64,000 nucleotides of DNA, from NCBI GenBank assembly GCA_026023565.1, contig JAPETS010000003.1:1364001-1428000 (forward strand), read 5' to 3'. This document shows, piece after piece, positions 1-15,222 of the stretch. The notes below the pieces were generated by a model. That model made no database searches and had not been told where the DNA came from. It was given only the letters and a program-made list of their open reading frames with translations. Made by a program: the position numbers and the translations under genes. The stretch comes from Cirrosporium novae-zelandiae. Taxonomy: Eukaryota. The stretch's first letter is position 1. Every line of letters begins with the position of its first letter.

Positions 1-1159
1 AGCTTACCAAACTTGCAATACATCGACCACTTTTTGGTCTACCGTTACCTGCTAGCCTAGCTATGACTCAGCCTGACTGAAACGTAGGAATAGTGGTGTA
101 CTCTATGATGCAAGTCGGACTGGATAAGGCTACCTAGCTAACTAAAACTTGGTTTGATGCACGCCATCCATCAACATGACCATTGACCACGGACCAACTT
201 CTCAAACCACCCTTACCCATTTCGAGAGATTATTTGATTTGAAAACTCGCTTAATCTAACCCCATTTCCCCTTCTCCCAATCCGACAAAACCGAGGAAAC
301 TCCTCCATCCAGCATTGCATGTGGCATATAGAATAGCAATTGGCATTGTCCCGTTTGCCCTGAACAGAACCCGGGAATTTAAATTATCGGGCGAGAGCCT
401 CAGCGAATCGTTGTCCTATTGTTGACTTGTTTTTTTTTGATTGATTTTTTTTTTCATTTTTCCATCTTGTAGTGATAACGCTTGCTTCGGCTATGTCGGG
501 TGTAACATTTTCTTAAAAAAAAGGTTCAATTACCTTTTTAAGCGACATCGATCCAGTTCGACGTAATTAGAGTACAAGTAGAGAGGTTGGACGGGAGAAA
601 GCTATCTAGGTACAATCTGGATACGTCGGAACGTAGACTGGTCCCCATTGTGATGGTGAATGACGCTGGAATTTTTTGCTCTGCTACTCTAAGCTCTATA
701 AGCTCTAAGTCGTCTTTATTTAACCATTCCAACTTGGTTTCGATAAGGAAAGTTAAGAGACCAACCAGGTGACGATAACACCGAATCTGTAACCCGTGAG
801 TGTAAAAACGTCACTACGGCGCTCGGTCCCTTGCCTTGCTGGAGGGCAGCGGCCGGAGCCTCACCTCCAAATGACGGAGTTGGAAAAACTTTAGGCTCAT
901 TCACTTACTATTCATCGGTATAGCATAACCCACAAATCCTAAGCAGATCCATGAGAGCCGTGAATCTCTAACAACAGTTTGAAGTATAGGTCAAGATAAA
1001 GGAATAACGTCTCGTAGCGAACTGTAGTATTTAAAAACTGTTCAAGCATTGTCCGTAATCGACAGAAAAACCAAAGAGCAGAGACCGGGGGCCGGGGCCG
1101 AGATTGCAGGAGACATTTATATCCCCTAGAATGTACCACTACATCACAACCAACTTAAT

Positions 1160-1923
1160 TCACCTTAGAACTGGACCGTATGTCCCATTCTCGAAGTTCT
1201 TCCATACAGTGGAGGAATCTGGCCAGGCTCGCACAATAACCCCTCTTTTATTCTGGCCTGAATATCCTGTCAGAGCCTAATATTGGTGGGTCGGGAATAG
1301 AATTATCACTGACGACTATAAACAGAACCACGAGGCGAATACAGTCCTCTCTTGAAGCAATGTCTCACTGCAACTATGGTCTGGTCTTGTGGGACTGAAA
1401 GGGCAATTAGGGCTAGAATAACTGGGACTTCGCCCACAAGTTGTCGAGTTGCTTCGCTTTGATTATTGGTGAGTCTTTTGTGAGCGTCAACCAGAAGCTC
1501 ATTCGCCCAGGCAGGGGCTGGACTCGTAATATTAACGTGCTGATATTCTCTAGCATAACCCACGTATGCGTAGCCGTTTGCCATATGAGAGAACGAGAGA
1601 GGTTGCCAGTCGTATGTGATATCGTCAGAGGGTCTGCTGGTAGCATCATGGGGTAGAACGAAAATGAGACCAGCATTATAATACACGGAACACACATAAC
1701 AATGTTCAGAATTAGACGGAGAAGCAACACTGGTCACTTGCACCCCATTTTCCTCACTCTTCCAGTGATAGAACGTCTCTGAATTTGTGATAACTCTGCT
1801 ATCCCCCATTTTCGGCGGTCCATCTGGACTAAATTGGTTCTTGTGAGGTCGTGCGGATTCATCCTCACGTATCTCCCTGATGCTAAACTTGAAGCCCACA
1901 GGCTGTACTGACTGAGTACTCAT
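1160..1923 (-). CDS. Hypothetical protein (~235 aa, 2 exons)
   Basis: A 205-aa ATG ORF is extended by intron 1258-1313 (GTCAGT...CTGAC...TTCAG) into a last exon ...RQNKRGVIVRAWPDSSTVWKNFENGTYGPVLR* (TGA 1160-1162). No domain recognised. Confidence 0.6.
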
Positions 1924-4900
1924 GATAAAGGTATGTTAAATGTGTTGAATGTATCAATAGAGGTGTGTAATTTCGAGAAGATCTGGAACTCGGGAGAGGC
2001 GAATACTAGAATTTAATCATATCATGCTGATTGAGGAAGTAACTTGTGTGATCGTATGACAACCCTTTTTTTTCGAGACCCTCCATTTCCAAGCACGAAA
2101 TTCCCCTTGACAGTCATCCCCTAGTAGAGTCTCCAATAGTTATCGGTCATCTTCAGATGAAGCTCGGTATAATTTGAGTTTCCGTCTTCCGTGGGATTGG
2201 AAAATACATGCAGGTATACCCTTGGTAACCACACTCACTTGGCAAAGCCATAGGGCAAGCTCAGTTGTCCGCATGGGCAATTTGACACAACCCATTTGCA
2301 GAGTAATAAGAATAAGAGAACTAAGGGGATTGATCCGTCGAGTGCCTCGTCCGAGATGTCCCCTTGAGAAGTCGTTGATTGGCACATTAGATAGCGGCTA
2401 TCATTACCAGCCCCCCTACGAGGTATCAACCGGAATCGTCAGGCCTTCGAGGCTACCAGAAAATATCCAGTGCCGGCCGTTAAAGTCGTCGGTTCATGCC
2501 AAGTATAAAATTAAGGACCGAGATGAAGATCAATATTGATAGCTTTCATCGTCGATTCAATTCTATCAAAAGCTTCCCGTTGGACCCCATAAGGCGCGCA
2601 GTGCGGTACGGAAACTCCTCCTAACCATTGTTAGTCGCGTAGCATTGTCTCCGAAAGCTATCCCCATTTCATTCGTTCCAGCTTCTAGAAATATCTGACC
2701 AGATCATCGATACTCCTCCTGGTCTTTGTGGGTCAAAGAGCGGTCGCCCCCACGTGCAATTCCTCGACGATAAGTCATAAACTCAAATTTCTCCCATACG
2801 TTGTAAAAGTTAAAAAGTATTGCGTAACTTACGTTCATAAGACCAAAGTAACGGTTCTAATCCAGAAACAGTAAACCCTCCATTGCGAAAAGCAAATGCT
2901 TACCCTGTGAGATGCCTACTAGCCTGCTAGTTCTATATAGGCTTCCAATGCCAGGTTCGTCCTACCCACACCGAGCTAACCCTCGACTCGAGTTTGCCAC
3001 CGCAAGCAACGTACGAACCAACGAAACGCCGATCGAGATCTCATCACAAGGGCCTTGAGTATCACTGGAGATCGGGTTGGAAGATTTTCAATAGGTGGGG
3101 TTGTGTTGTCTCTAAATACCACTCCTCGATCACCCTCCTTGCTCGCAGATAGCATGCATAAAACCCTAATTTGAATACCGACGGGCCCTCACGCTTAATC
3201 TCATTTAAAGAATAGTCTTTGAGAGGAGACTTTAATTTGCTATAGCAGCCACAAAGCTGAGGTAAGCTGGGCATATCACATTCCAGTTACCAAAATACGA
3301 GACATGCTGAGGACGACGGGATGCAAGCTGTTAACCTGCAAAATGATTGTGAGGGCAGAAAAAAATAAAAAAAATAAAAAAAATCACGGAAGGGCCAAGA
3401 CAACGGATGGTGAATACTAGTTGCATCTTAGGATATTGGTGGTACATAAATATGTCCGGGAACCAAAACTGATCTCCACAGAGCAGAAAACCTCCATAGC
3501 TGGTTTCTGCATAGCAGAGCCCCAGCTCAAACAGGAACCAAGTTTGCAACCAATCGAAATCATCATCGGCGTGCAGAATAACAAATAAATAAAGCTCGGC
3601 GGAGTTGAATGAAACGTGGTTGAGGAAGTGTGGAGGGGCGACGTTACAGGAGACCACAGTTAATCTATGCCCAGCACTCAGCAGTCATGAGATTATTGAA
3701 TCATCTGCCTAACCAAAATGTGTCATCTAGTGAACATACGACGCAAAAAATCCTATCCTGTTAACAATATTCAAACGTGTACGAGCTCTTGCGATCGAGA
3801 GGATGTAGACAAGGACATGTCCATTGGAAAGTCCTTGACCACACCGGACAGTGTCCAGCAAATATCTTAAATGTTGGAGACAAGGAGAAGACGATTTCCG
3901 TTGCGTCTCAGTCCAATTGAGGTTGATTGCCATTGTCAAGAGGTGGTCTGTTGTTGAGGAGATGTTAATGGGGTGCTGTGCTAACTCCCGACTACGCCGA
4001 GGGAATATGAACACAAAGCTTTAATTGTCTCTCAGTCATCTCGACACAAAAATAATAGACGACGGAAAGTCCATGATGCATTGAGGAAAGGGGAAGAGGA
4101 TGGGTAGGTGAGTGAAGTGGCTTAAAGTTCTGGTGTCGTATTAATCGGATAAGAGGACTCATTGGAATTCGATGGGGAAGGATCACGGAAGAATCTCAGG
4201 TTGGGTCGCGTATTGCCATTCGTGTCTCGAGATATGAGAATGATGGAAGAAAGCTGGCGGTCAGGTCAAGGAAGTCGAAATCATGGAAAGATGACGAATA
4301 GAAAAGTTGAGGAAGGAGAGTTGATGAGATACATAATGTTTTTTTTTCAGTTGGGGGTCTAAGCTCACCGCGGCTCTTGAGCACATCAACGTCCTCAACG
4401 TTGAAGAGTTTCCCAGATGCACTCGAGACATTGGAAAACATTCCTATGAAAGTTCCCTAACACACCCGCCGAGGCTGGAAAATTTATCACCAGATCTTTA
4501 AAGTACTTATGTATCCAATCCAAGGTATAATACTCATGATCAAAAGGGAAGAGAATGGATATAGCAAAAGATATGGCTTACATTATTCAATTGAAGCCCT
4601 TTCCCGAGGTTTCCCTGTCATTCTTCCTGTGCGCCAGATCCATTTTCATTGGCAAATACCTGAGGTACATTGATCTACGCCTTATTTGGCCCAAGTGAAA
4701 AGTATCTTTTTGCCTCCACAAGTACCTAGGTGCCTAGGTAGTTATCACGTAAACCAACTTTTCATATTTCTCCATCATCTATTTACTCGAATAGCTTCCA
4801 TCCGAAGCCCTTTTTTTCGCTACATAACCTCCCCGTCCCTTCCTATACGTAGTATATAATGAACATTCACCATCAAGTCCACTTGACCCCTCGGAATCCA

Positions 4901-5188
4901 GCCTATTTGATAATTGCCAAGGCCACCATCCCTTCATCATGCTCTCATTTGTAACCGCAATTAACATTTTCCGCCCAAGGCACATAAAAACAGCTTAAAC
5001 CGGAGTGGAGAGTCCATAGATATAACAATCCCAAAACATATAGAGGTATCATGCATCCGTCATCCATCCATTTAGACGTCCGTCCTGCAGAGATGTCGCA
5101 AAGGGGTAAAAATAAACAGCAAATCAAGTGTAGCTACCAAAAGTTTAATCAAGAAACGAAGTCAAAGAATAAACTTCTATCGCACAAT

Positions 5189-8100
5189 TTAACCACCTAT
5201 CCCACTACCCCGTTTTCCCTGACCCGGGGGTGTGCCAATCCCCATAAAAGGATTGTTCTGCTGCTGCGGTGGGGCCATACTTCCTGATGGTTGTTGTTGT
5301 TGTTGTTGCTGTTGCTGCTGCTGTTGTAGTTGAGATTGCACCACATCAACGACAGAGTTGATATTCGGACCTCCTGGCATGCTGGTAGTGAGGCCTACTC
5401 CACTGCCGAGGGAAAGGGGATTTGGGTCTGGGAGATTGAACCACATTGGCTGATCCGTGTATTGGTTTTGAACGTAGGTATCCCACGCACCCTAAAAGAG
5501 TCGGGACTATCAGCAGGTCGCAGAAAGCTTCTATTATTGCAGTGGATTTACAGGAGAATGTAGAGAGAAGGGGAAAAAATAGAGGATGACATACCCAATC
5601 AAGATCGTTGCTCGGAAAATCCGTGCCACCCCCGGAAGAACTGTTGAAAAATGAAAACGGGCTGGGGGCATTCTGACCAGTACTCTGATCCAGAGTAAAT
5701 GCAGGAGTGAGACCAGAACTGTTAGTGGAGGGTCCATCAGGCATTGAAACATTTGCATCCGGCGTTGGGGCACCCAAGCGCTCAAATAAGGACGCCGTAT
5801 TCGGTGTCATCCCGCCACTACTCAGCATTCCAAGTGTCATAGCGGCTGAGCGTTCGGGCTGTTCATCTTGTAGAGAATAATGGTGATTATTGCCACCTAG
5901 ATTATTTGGCAATTGAGGGAAAGAATAATTAAATGGTGGATTATTTTGTTGTCGCTGGCTTTCGGATACAGGGCGTTCTAACATATCAAGCATAACCGAT
6001 AAACTCGAGGAAGCTTTCCAAGCTTCCATTGATGTGTCTCTAAGATCGTTCCAGATATCAAGCGTATCCTTTAGAGCGGTGATCATATCGTCTCGTTTGA
6101 CCATATTCCAACTATAAAGGTCATTACTCCCATTCCGAGGATCGGTATGTTGCTGAGCGTAGTATAGATCAAGAGAAACAATCATGGCAGCCATCAAGAA
6201 GTCATGACTAGTCATCGAGTTGATGAACCATTTCATTGATCTCATTCTGCCTGCGGGTCCGGATTCCCGATGTAATGTCTTTTGGTCCCTTAGAAGCTCC
6301 ATAGATGCCTCAATCGCTGATCGCCGGGAGTGAGCATATCGGTGATTTGTTCTTGCCCTGCAAATGAATTTTCGATGAAGTACGCACAGAGATTTATTAT
6401 ACAGTTGTCTCAGATTGAACCGTTGCATGATCAAAGCAGCAGGATCCAGAATTTGGTCTTCCATTGGCCTAGCTACAAGGTGTGGAGGCACCATGCTGTT
6501 AGCTTCTCGTAACTCTGTATCTAGCCTCATTATATCTTCATACGAGCAAGAAGCAATAGAATGTGCTTGTTCAACGATCTTTCCAAAGGCAAAAGTTATT
6601 CTTGCTTTAGCAATCATGTATGATACCGGTGTGGCCTCGGAGGATGGCCGGGAAGGTGGCAGCTCTTTCATGTCTTCGCTGAGCTCGTCATCATATATAT
6701 TTCGAGGGAGTTGCGTATCACTATCGCCCAAGCGAATCATTGCAGGTAGCGCCATCTGAAAGGAGAATAGGAGGTCTGATTGACGAACAAATGTCCAGAC
6801 CCTCCTTCGCATCTCGCCCTCAAAAGGAGTAATGTTTTGGTAAGGTCCCGGATCTCGATGATAACCCATTCGCATAGCCAGCCTGGCTACAATCCCAATA
6901 AGTATCCATACACTGGTTTCTGGATCTCTGCTGCGTGCATATTCTGTGCCCACATAAAGCACAAGAGCTTCAATTGTGAAGTTGTTTGGTTTCGTATAGT
7001 CACCTAATAATAGGCACTGTGTCGCAAGGCCTCTATAGGTTTGTGCTAGATCCAAGGATTTCCCTCGAAATTCTGGGGGTTCGTCACCGACTCTGTTGTA
7101 GGAAGTCATCGCAAGGGATAATACAGCAAACAGTTGAGCGACCCAAACAATACTAGTGTTCATGGGATCAGCCCAATAACGCTCGTACTGTAATGGTCAG
7201 CCTATGTTCTAGAAGAAGGATTCGAAGGCGGGAACATTTCAAGGAATGGTAGGTATTTTGGATTCCGCGTATTTTAAGGGTAAAATTTGCAAAAAATATC
7301 TTCACCAAAATCTTGAAAGGTCCAGAAAGGGTATTCTTACCTGTTTCATGAATGTTGGAGGATGAAGAATATCTGGGAATGTGTTAGAATGTGTTCGCAA
7401 TGGGGAGAAGAAGGTTAGACATACGAACTGCCGGGTCGTAAGAGTTCAAATATCGCCCTACCATCTTATCGGTCGAATGTTTTGACGGCATAGCAGCCAG
7501 TATCTCTTTTTGGCTTAGAGGTGGCGAGGTGCCAAACAGAAAAGGAGAGCGTGATACATCCTGATTACCTTCTTGAAAAGCTTGGACCTTGGCCATCTGC
7601 TCCGTTACTTGTTTCTTGTGTTCTGCATAGTAATTTTTTACTTCTGCAACCTGTCAAGGCATTAGCGGTCGATGGAATTCGATGAGACGAATCTTGTCTC
7701 TCACCTCGTGAAGGATAGTTGCCCAGTGATTATCACCATAGTAGAAAGACTGGTTGTTAGCAACTTTCATCACACCAAGAGATTTAGCAACCTGATCTGT
7801 CTCACTCTCTTCGCCTTCATCGTCTCTCGCCATAGCATCGTCACCGTCATCTGGAGGTGAAAATTCATTAGATCCGGTCGCGGTGGTAGCAGACAAAGCT
7901 GCAGCGGCGGCTGTAGGGCCAGCAGATTGAGCACCATTTGTCATGAGTGATAAAACTAAGCCTTCTAAACGGTCAATACGATGTTGCATCTCATCAGAAG
8001 AGCTGGAAGAGCCATGACTTGACGGGTTCTTCTTTCGAGTACTAGGCGAGGCGTAGGAGCAGGAGCTTGGCTCTCCTCTCCTAACGCAGTTCTCGCACGG

Positions 8101-8344
8101 CAGTGCTCGATTGCATTTAAGCCTAGTAATCAGTCAGCATCGAAAAATGAAAGCATAAAACAGCCCCAAATGATAAGATCGGACTTTAGAAAAGGGGATG
8201 AAAGATGGAACATGCGTACTTTCGATGCCGACAGGGACCACAAGAAAGTGGAACTCTGTTCCGCTTCCTCACAACTCTATGCTGAGCATCGGGGGAATGT
8301 GCTCCTACGCTAGAGGAAGTTGTTGAAGGTGGTGTAGGCGTCAT
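5189..8344 (-). CDS. Zn(II)2Cys6 fungal-specific transcription factor with C-terminal polyQ
   Basis: ATG 8344 MTPTPPSTT...RKRNRVPLSCGPCRHRK|LKCNRALPCENCVRRGEPSSCSY (binuclear cluster split by an intron). Middle homology region (ARLAMRMGYHRDP, EMRRRVW) lies in the 605-aa ORF. Last intron 5492-5594 joins ...NDLDW|GAWDTYVQ...QQQQ...GIGG*. Confidence 0.93.
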
Positions 8345-10446
8345 TTTGCTAAAAGTGGCGCTGAACGAAGAAAGGATATGATGAAGAGAGAAACGATGAC
8401 CAGAATGATAGCACGTTTAGTATCCACGGAGACCTCTAGATGTACAGAGGCGGATGGAAGCAATGGGCTGCTGAGGCAAAGATCGTTTGACCAATACCTG
8501 TCCAGAGAGGGAAGGAGTAAGCGATGCAATGTGCTGTTGTCCCCGAGCTGAGCCTACGAGAGCTAATCCCGTAAAATCAAAAGGTAGGGTCACCCAGTAT
8601 GATCTGCCTGGTCGAACGTAGATTGGCTCCTTTTGCCAGCCCTACTGCATATCCCCTTGCGGAGGATGCGCTATATGAAGCAACTCAACTGCTTTCTTCC
8701 TCTCCAAAATTACACCTAGATGTTCCCGCGTTTGAGGAGTCGCAACACTAAAAGGCGCTCCCCACCCCGCGACGGCAACCAAAGCTTATTGCCCTTGTTC
8801 AAGGCCGTTTGCTGTTGCTTCAAATGAACCAGCTGGCTAGTCCGATGGAATTTCAACTCCTTCGTCGCTCTCGGACGAGAGCTAAAGGATCGCGCAGCCT
8901 GGTTGAATTGTTTTCACACCGTTCTTCGTGCCACTAGTTGCCACCGATATATATTATCAACTTCAGCTGAGCAAACTCGACACACGTATGGAGAGAACCA
9001 AAGATCCGCTCAGCGAGTAGGGGTAGAACGGAAGCGTCTCTCTTAGATTATGTGAGGCAAATTTCGATAGTTAATGGATATGTGGTCAGTCTCTTGTCGA
9101 GTTTTCGCAGGCATATGCGATATGATGAAGCGCAAAAAGGACTCGATTTCGAAGCCGATCCTGGCAAGACCACAATGTCAGCATGCCGCCACGAACGAAA
9201 GCAAAAGCAAGCAGAAAACACAGCCTAGCGGAAGCACGAGGAGAGAACAAATTTACTTTGATTTCAAATTGGAAAGTTGGTCGCCGAATGTTCAGTTTCT
9301 TTCTTTGGTAATCCTTGAAGCACAAAATGCGTGCGCGGAGGTCGGTGATGGGACGACCGAATGTTCCGTTAATGAAGAATCAAGGACTTTGCAACTTGAC
9401 TATTTTCCTTCTAGACAATCACAACGGGATGGTTGAGTGGCGATCTATAGTCAATTACAGTTCATGAGGGGGGGTCTACTTGAGAGGCTATCGATGGAAT
9501 AATCAAAGACGCGGCTCAGAGGGTGCCTAGGCTTCCTTATGGACCATAAACGCCAATAAGAGCTCGGACAGAAGATTTAAGATGATTACAAAGGGAACCT
9601 AAATCAGTCAAGCGTGATAGGGCTTGGCTTTGACGATGAATTTGGCCTATAACCCCTTTCAAGTCCTACACTTTGGCGAATATCTATTGTAGGCCTCCTC
9701 GTTGATTTTCTTGTTGCCCTCGTGCAAGCCCGTCAGCTTTCAGCCATGGTTAGAGGCTCACTTGTTCCCCCCATCGGAGAAATCTAGTCGGATAACGGTC
9801 CGCAACGGCACGATTAATCAACCGGCCGAATTCCCAAGGCAGCAGGGCAACTTTCGCTCCTCGTTAAGTCCGTGTGCACCTCGACGTCATGGCGTTTGCT
9901 TCGCTGACTCGCTCAACTGATCAAACGCCCTAACTTTATTACAACCTCCTCGGTCCTTATGTACAGTACTGTACGACTCCAGTCCTGCCCGATATATCCA
10001 TTCCCCTAGCTCGGATGAATCTTAGACGCCATCGACATCACCCTCGGCACCGCTAGGATGATCGACTCAAGCATCAAAGTAAATTAGAGTGTTCCAGGGC
10101 TTATCAATATTTAGACTAAACCGAATTTATGTTTCTATTTTGCGCTAAATTTCAATTGAAGCTGCGATGGAAAGAAATTCTTATTGACGGCTACCTACAG
10201 AATCTTGCCTTTCTACTACGGAGTACAGACCTTCCTGGTTTCTTTTAGACCCTGGACCGGATGAGGAACAACAGTATAGAATTACAGAAGAAATAGCCAT
10301 CAAAGATGCGCTCTCCCATCCCCCAGACTAGTAATTTTGTGACTAGACGCTAGCAAAGGGCACATTAGATTTGACGGGCTAATGTGTTTATTAGTCAATG
10401 CTTTACTAGGCAAGTGACAGGTAATGCACATACTTAAGAGTGTTAT

Positions 10447-12474
10447 CTATAGAAAGCTCTTGGTGAAGCTCTGGACAACGTCTTTGAGCTGGGCCTCAAG
10501 GTCCTTGCTGAGCGAACCCTCCTTGTCAATTCGTCCGAGCAACTCTTGCTCGTTGCTCTTTAAGTGAGCTAGGAAATCTTGTTCCCATACGAGGATTTTG
10601 TTGACCGGAACACTGTCGAGGTGGCCGTTAACGCCAGCATAGATCAGAGGAACCATCTCGTTGACGGCCATAGGCGAGTATTGCTTCTGCTTCAAGAGCT
10701 CAGTAAGACGTTCACCACGGTTGAGGGTCTGCTTGGTGGCAGCATCAAGGTCAGATCCGAATTGAGCGAAAGCGGCAACTTCACGGTATTGGGCCAAGAA
10801 GAGCTTCAGAGAACCAGCGACTTGCTTCATGGCCTTAAGCTGTGCGGCAGAACCGACACGGGAGACGGAAAGACCGACATTAATAGCTGGTCGGACACCC
10901 TTGTAGAAGAGTTCAGCTTCCAAGAAGATTTGGCCATCGGTAATTGAAATGACGTTAGTGGGAATGTAAGCAGACACATCACCACCTTGGGTTTCAATAA
11001 TAGGGAGAGCGGTGAGAGAGCCGGCGCCATTCTTCTCGTTCAATTTGGCAGCACGCTCTAACAATCTAGAGTGGAGATAGAAGACATCACCGGGGTAAGC
11101 TTCACGTCCTGGAGGACGACGGAGAAGCAGAGACATTTGACGGTAAGCAACAGCCTGCTTAGACAGATCGTCATAGATGATAACAGCGTGCTTGCCATTG
11201 TCACGGAACCATTCTCCAATAGCGCATCCAGTGAAAGGAGCAATATATTGCAATGGAGCAGCTTCTGAAGCAGTGGCGGCAACAACGATGGAGTATTTCA
11301 TGGCATCGTTCTCCTCTAGAGTCTTGACCAATTGGGCAACGGTGGATCGCTTTTGTCCAACAGCAACGTAAACACAGTAAAGCTTCTTGCTCTCATCGTC
11401 GGTGTTGTTGAAACGTTTCTGGTTAAGAATAGCATCAAGAGCCACAGCAGTCTTCCCGGTTTGACGATCACCAATGATAAGTTCACGTTGGCCACGACCA
11501 ATGGGAACCATAGCATCAACAGACTTAAGTCCGGTTTGGACAGGCTGATTGACAGATCGGCGGGGTAAAATACCAGGAGCCTTCAACTGAGCACGGCGCT
11601 TCTCGGTAGTCTTGATTGGGCCTTTACCGTCAATTGGGTTACCAAGGGCATCAACAACACGTCCAAGCATAGCAGGGCCAACGGGAACATCAACCTATCC
11701 AGAATCTGGTAAATACAGTTGTAGTTGAGGGCAAATAGGTAGTCTTACAATTTCTCCCGTTCGCTTGACAGTTTCGCCTTCTTTCACAAGACGATCTGAA
11801 CCGAAAAGCACAACACCGACCTGTCCAGCTTCCAAGTTCATGCACATACCCTTAACACCAGAAGCAAATCTAAATATTTGATCAGTATTTGAAGGGTCAT
11901 ACGGGTTTAGTGAAAGTTTTATAACTTACTCCACAAGCTCTTCAGCTTGAACATTGCTCATACCATGGACACGGGCAATACCGTCCCTAGTCTCAAAATT
12001 AGTGGTTGAATTCTTTTCATATATTGATAGTATCGGAATCCCTAAGGCTTCCAATGTTTATTGAATGTTTGTTGAGGTCATACCCGACGGACAGCACACG
12101 TCCAGTCTCAGCGAGGCCAGCCTCTTCCTGAACACCTCGGATTCTTTGTTCGAGGATTGATGAGACCTCAGTAGGGGACGCCTTGGCTTCCGCAGCGTAG
12201 GTTCGGACTTGCTTGGAGGCACCAGAGAAAACCGCTGGCGCGGAAGAGCGAGCCTGAAACGAGAGAAAGGTCAGCCAAAACGACCATTACGGGCGCATTG
12301 GAAGTTCAAAAGGGTTGCAAAGCTCGACCCAAAAGCCGATAAAGTGATACTAGAGGATATCGTTGTCCTTGATAAGGCTTTTTGGAGGATATTGACACGT
12401 ACCGCAACGATCCTGCCAGTGGCAGAGATTGCACCGGCAGCCCGGGTAGACTGTCGTAAAACGTTTCTGAACAT
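10447..12474 (-). CDS. ATP1: Mitochondrial F1 ATP synthase subunit alpha
   Basis: Presequence [21 protein letters not shown] at ATG 12474, several introns, Walker [33 protein letters not shown], ends FTKSFL*. Confidence 0.99.
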
Positions 12475-12941
12475 TTTGTACCGCAACTTCAAAAAAGGAA
12501 AAAATGTATTAGTGGGGTTGCGGGTGCAATTGACAATGGATGGAGGGGAGAGTGGTGGTAAGCGTTGTTGGGTTGAAGTTGGAGGTCAAGTTCTGTCGTT
12601 GATGGGAAGGAGAGGACCCAATCGAGCTAACCTCGCTAGTGAATTCCATTGGAGCGAGTCTTTGCGAAAGGTTCCGGCAGAGTTGGACCCATTACATAAT
12701 CCCCCACTGTGAAGATAAACTTGCTCTCGGCCTCAGGTAGAAATTTATAACTACATGGAATGTATTGATCCATGCTACCTATTAATCCTATACCGTATTT
12801 CATATCTACTACAATGTATAATACTCTTTAGTCCCCTTGGCCCCTCGTAACCCATCTTTCTTTTTTCTTTTTTCTTTTAAAAAAAACAAGTCTCCAATAC
12901 GTCGGTCTTCCTGAAAATCATAGCCATATATCATTACACCC

Positions 12942-14614
12942 TTAATCACTTCTTGGCTTACCCGACCTTGGCCGTAATAAAGGCTCATTCACGGACTCAT
13001 CAATAGGGCAAGGGTCTTCGTCGTATTCGTGCACTTTCATATCAATGCCCACCCAGAATTTCTTGCCTCTCCACTCTAGACTCATACCTCCGAAGACCGC
13101 CCAAGCCCATATCGGGAAAGCCAGAATCTCTCGTCCCAACCAAGCTGCAAGCCATTGTTTAAATGGTCTTCTTGAATACGATCCTAGCGGACGAGCGAAG
13201 GAGGGTGTATACTGGTCGACTTCAACTGTTCGCGCGGAATGTAGTAGAATATAAAGCGTCCAGTCGAGGCATGCCCAAAGAGTTACACTCACGATCCAAA
13301 ATGATGAGAACGCAGTCCATGTCTGAGGAATACCAATACATTCATGGATCCATGGAAGAGTGGTAGCGGCAAAAGCGCCGTATAGAGAACAGAGAAAGCT
13401 TTCTGTTCCTGGTTCCACTAGAGTAGCAGCCATAACAGTAAACTTTCTGACACGAAGCCACCGCGCTCTTCGAGCGATGTATTCTTTCACACTCATGGAT
13501 GCCATAGGTTGCATAGCTATATTCCCAAAAACCAACGCGTGCTTACCATATACCTCCCCATCTTTCTCTGCGGCAAGTTTGTGTTTCCAGAGAGTGTCCC
13601 CAATAAGATGGTCCTCGCAGATATTGTCGGAGAAGGTGTCAATCCCAGGAGGCCGTACAGCATCTCCTGCAGTAAGCTCATCCAAGTGGGAGCGACGAAA
13701 CATAGTTGATTTGCCCACAATGCATGGTGCGACCAAGACCGTGTTTATAGCCGTATAGAATTTTGCATGCGACGAGGAGAAGAAAAGCTCCTCCAGCCTA
13801 CCACCGCCCATCCCTAGTATGCTAGAGAATCTGGATTGGTTTATATCATGAATTTGGAAGACATGACTAGCAGTACTTGAAGAAGCGACATGAATCTCTG
13901 GCCCATCCTTTTGATGAAGGAGTCCTCGCATCTCGGCAGAAAGCTCTTCACCATCCACATCTATGACCATCGGTAGTAAATGGACGAATTTGTATTTATA
14001 TCCAAGTCCTTCATGCGTGAAACCGCATAATTTATCTACCATCCGTCCTGCGACACCCTTTCCCACCCAGGCATTGCAGTCAAAGATCCAGATGATGTCA
14101 CTCTTGGCTTCATGGTACGCTCTGCTCATGTTTCGGATTTTTGGATTTGGTCCAAGTTTATTTGCACCTTGACCATCGTGCGCAAATTCATGGTCCTCTT
14201 CTTCAACGTATATTTTAGTTTCAAAGGCAGGGTGTCTCTCGGCGAGGCGCTTAAGGATGGGAAATGCGGGGTCATCATAAGAAGCAACACAGAAGCAAAT
14301 AGTCAGCTTATTGCGAGGATATGTTTGATGATAAGTTGCAGCCAGGCATTCGTAGAGGCGAGGCTCAAGGCCTTTAACTGGACGAATGACGGTGATGTGG
14401 GGAATCTCATAACTGGGGAGGGAGGGCGAGATGGGGGGCGGTGGTGTCTTCGAGTACCATCTTCTTCTAGAACGACGTTAGAAATGATCCTGAAGACAGC
14501 GCAAGGTATTGCGATCACGTACAGCTGGGTATATCCAATAATGACAACAATTGCGATGAAGATATACCATACCAGGCAGATGGTCGCAAGTAGCTGGACC
14601 CATTTGTAAATCAT
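12942..14614 (-). CDS. GCS1: Ceramide glucosyltransferase (glucosylceramide synthase, GT21)
   Basis: N-terminal TM ([31 protein letters not shown]), one intron ~14467-14522, then [40 protein letters not shown] and [11 protein letters not shown] motifs of the family. Confidence 0.93.
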
Positions 14615-15222
14615 CGCTAATCTGAAAAGCCGATGTTGAAAAACACCACAAAACTCACGGAAGTTGGGAACTCCAAAGTTCTCTATGTCGGATAGTCCAA
14701 CAACCACAACTAACTGATCCTCAGGGACGGTTGTTTACCAGGGTTTACAAGTAGGGAAGGGCGCTCAAGTCGATCAAATCCATCGGGACTAAATTACGGC
14801 TTCGGGCTTTGAGGCTTTTTCATAGGGGGAATGGAAGGGTTTTTATTAATTTCTTACTTCAGATCAGCGGATATCCGTGCTCTCCGAAACTTGTTAATTA
14901 TTGCTGTTACCCACATTCCAATCTTCCTGGGTTTCGGATTTCTAGGATCTGAATTTTATCCAGGACACCAGAAATGCAACGCCGATGCTTCATCTTCGTG
15001 ATTATTTTTGTATGCGCTGTCTGCAAACTGACCCTTTTTTTTTCTGCTCATACTTGCTCAACCCCAACAACTAACAAGCCTCGGATGCAACGCCATGGAT
15101 ATATTAATACAGTTCTTCAGAAAATGCTCGTAGTATATAGCCGAAGTTGCCACGCATCTGCGCCAAACGCTTTAAATAGACACAAAAGTCGTTGAACATA
15201 ACACATTGTAAATCATCAATCG

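Noticed and set aside
5346..5594. C-terminus of the 605-aa ORF as given in the track
   Set aside because: It reads through intron 5492-5594. The spliced end is the polyQ-containing frame ending at 5189.
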